Part shown: positions 62,231-64,000 of the stretch, piece by piece | Layout: the number at the start of each line of letters is the position of its first letter | How positions within the stretch are numbered: the stretch's first letter is position 1 | Assembly: GCF_006345805.1 (NCBI RefSeq) | Contig: NC_043000.1 | Location: 124,496,001-124,560,000 of the forward strand | Length of the DNA: 64,000 bases | Reading direction: 5' to 3' | Origin: Octopus sinensis | Taxonomy: Eukaryota | Notes under the pieces: generated by a model | Seen by the model: only the letters and a program-made list of their open reading frames with translations | Databases searched by the model: none | What the model was told of the DNA's origin: nothing | Program-made: the position numbers and the translations under genes

Positions 62231-62629
62231 TGTTGGGACTTATAGCTGATTTTATACTGGTTGATTAAAGACTTGTGAAAATATGTTAGTCTTTAGATGT
62301 GTACTGTACAAATATGTTACTGTACAGTGTGATTGTAATTAAATTAAACTTTAAATTGATTCCATGTATCCACGAAGGTTGCTATAGAGATCTTGATTTC
62401 TGCCAACATCAAAGGACTTATTACTGAGTCATGTCACTGCAGTACCGAAAAGCATTGCAAGATATTTGATGTGGGGAACAAACTTAGATTTCATGAGTTT
62501 TCGGTAAAAGCATATTTTTAATTCTCTTGTATTAATAATCTAACAGTTAAACACACTGACATGCACATCTTCACCCCGCCTCTCTTTCTCTCTCTCTCCC
62601 TCTTTCACACACACACATGTACATACACA

Positions 62630-62668
<39 letters not shown>

Positions 62669-62809
62669 ACAGACACACACATGTATAAATACGTTTGCGT
62701 GCACACACACACACGTACACGTATAAACGTGCATGCACGCATATACACGCAGACATATGCATCCGTAAACTTTATGTACTATCATAGTGGAAATAGACAT
62801 TAAAAAACG

Positions 62810-63229
62810 ATGGTGGTGGTGAATATGATGATGATGATGATGATGATGATGCTGATACTGGTGGTGGTGGTTGTGGTGGTGGTCATGGTAGTGGTGATGA
62901 TGATGATGATAATGTCGATGCTGCTGCTGATAGTGGTGATGACGACAAAGCTACTGTTGCTGCTGATGATTATGATGATGATGATACTGGTGTTGGGAGT
63001 GGTGATGATACTGATGATGATGGTGATGGTGATGGTGATAGTGGTGGTGGTGGTGGTGAAGATGATAGAGATGGAGGTGGTGGTGATGGTGGTGGTGATG
63101 AAAGTAGTGGTGGTGGTGCCGGTGGTGCCGGTGATGGTGGTGGTGGGGATGGTGATGAAAGTGGTGATGGTGATGAAGGTGGTGGTTGCAGTGGTGATGA
63201 TGTTGATGATGATGATGGTGTTGATGATG

Positions 63230-63261
<32 letters not shown>

Positions 63262-63420
63262 GATAATGTTGACGGTGATGGTGGTTGTGGCAGTGATAAT
63301 GTTGATGATGATCAGGATGATGATCAAGATGATGGTGATGGTGGTGGCGGAGGCGGCAGCGGCAATGATGTCGATGATGATGGTGGTGGTGGTGGTGGTG
63401 GTGGTGGTGGTGGTGATGAT
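62810..63420. repeat. (GAT)n/(GGT)n compound trinucleotide array
   Basis: Directly visible. Confidence 0.95.
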
Positions 63421-63839
63421 GGTATAGAATATAAGGTGCTGAAATTTGTTGCACAGACAGAGCATTCAAATATCAAAACAGCAGATTTTCCACTTTGCAG
63501 TGTCAATAACTGGAATTGGTGGAAAAGCAAACATGGGGGATACATGAATTTACAACTGTTTAAAGAGACTCTTCTGTAGGAGTGTAAGAGGAAACTTTGT
63601 CAATCAGATTTTTAGGAGACAAAGTCTAGGACTTTTGCTTTTGCATTTGAATTTGCAGAAGCAGCAGCAGCAGCAGAGTCAGCAGAAGCAGAAGCAGAAG
63701 TAGCAGCAGAAGCAGAAGTAGCAGCAGAAGCAGCAGCAGCACTGTCCTAGATGTTGACGTTACACTAAGGTTCATCACTGATTCTGGTAGGTACATTGTC
63801 ATCATCATCATCATTGTTGTCATCGTCGGCATCGTTGTT

Positions 63840-63871
<32 letters not shown>

Positions 63872-64000
63872 CATCATTGTCGTCGTCGTCATTGTTGTTG
63901 ACATCATCATCATAATCATCATCATCTTCATCATCGGCATCATTTTCTTTGTCATTGTCATCGTCATCATCATCATCATTGTCATCGTCGGCATCGTTGT

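Overview
This window is AT-rich eukaryotic genomic DNA, saturated with microsatellites and transposable elements. The SINE families, RTE-type (GAT)n tails and repeat load point to a coleoid cephalopod, most likely Octopus (inference from sequence recognition). There is no complete protein-coding gene. The best cellular-gene evidence is a probable terminal coding exon at 14239-14570 (-), with weaker exon-like islands upstream (17.5-22 kb). Almost all long ORFs in the supplied track are microsatellite or repeat artefacts. Supported elements are at least 4 tRNA-headed SINE families, an RTE-tailed non-autonomous family, decayed RTE and CR1-type LINEs, mariner, hAT and piggyBac MITEs, and Helitron-like elements. 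The most notable observations are: (1) several (TA)n-associated inverted-repeat elements carrying type I hammerhead-ribozyme motifs with palindromic stem III (Penelope pLTR-like), best preserved at 39.4-39.7 kb and 48.5 kb; (2) a full-length U6 snRNA retrocopy fused to a SINE and inserted as one TSD-flanked unit (43151-43493); (3) an R4/Dong-like RLE retrotransposon family whose three copies all sit in (CATA)n microsatellites; (4) several near-perfect fold-back palindromes, including a spacer-free 1088 bp one. SINE coordinates are approximate, and many further degraded SINE fragments are not listed individually.
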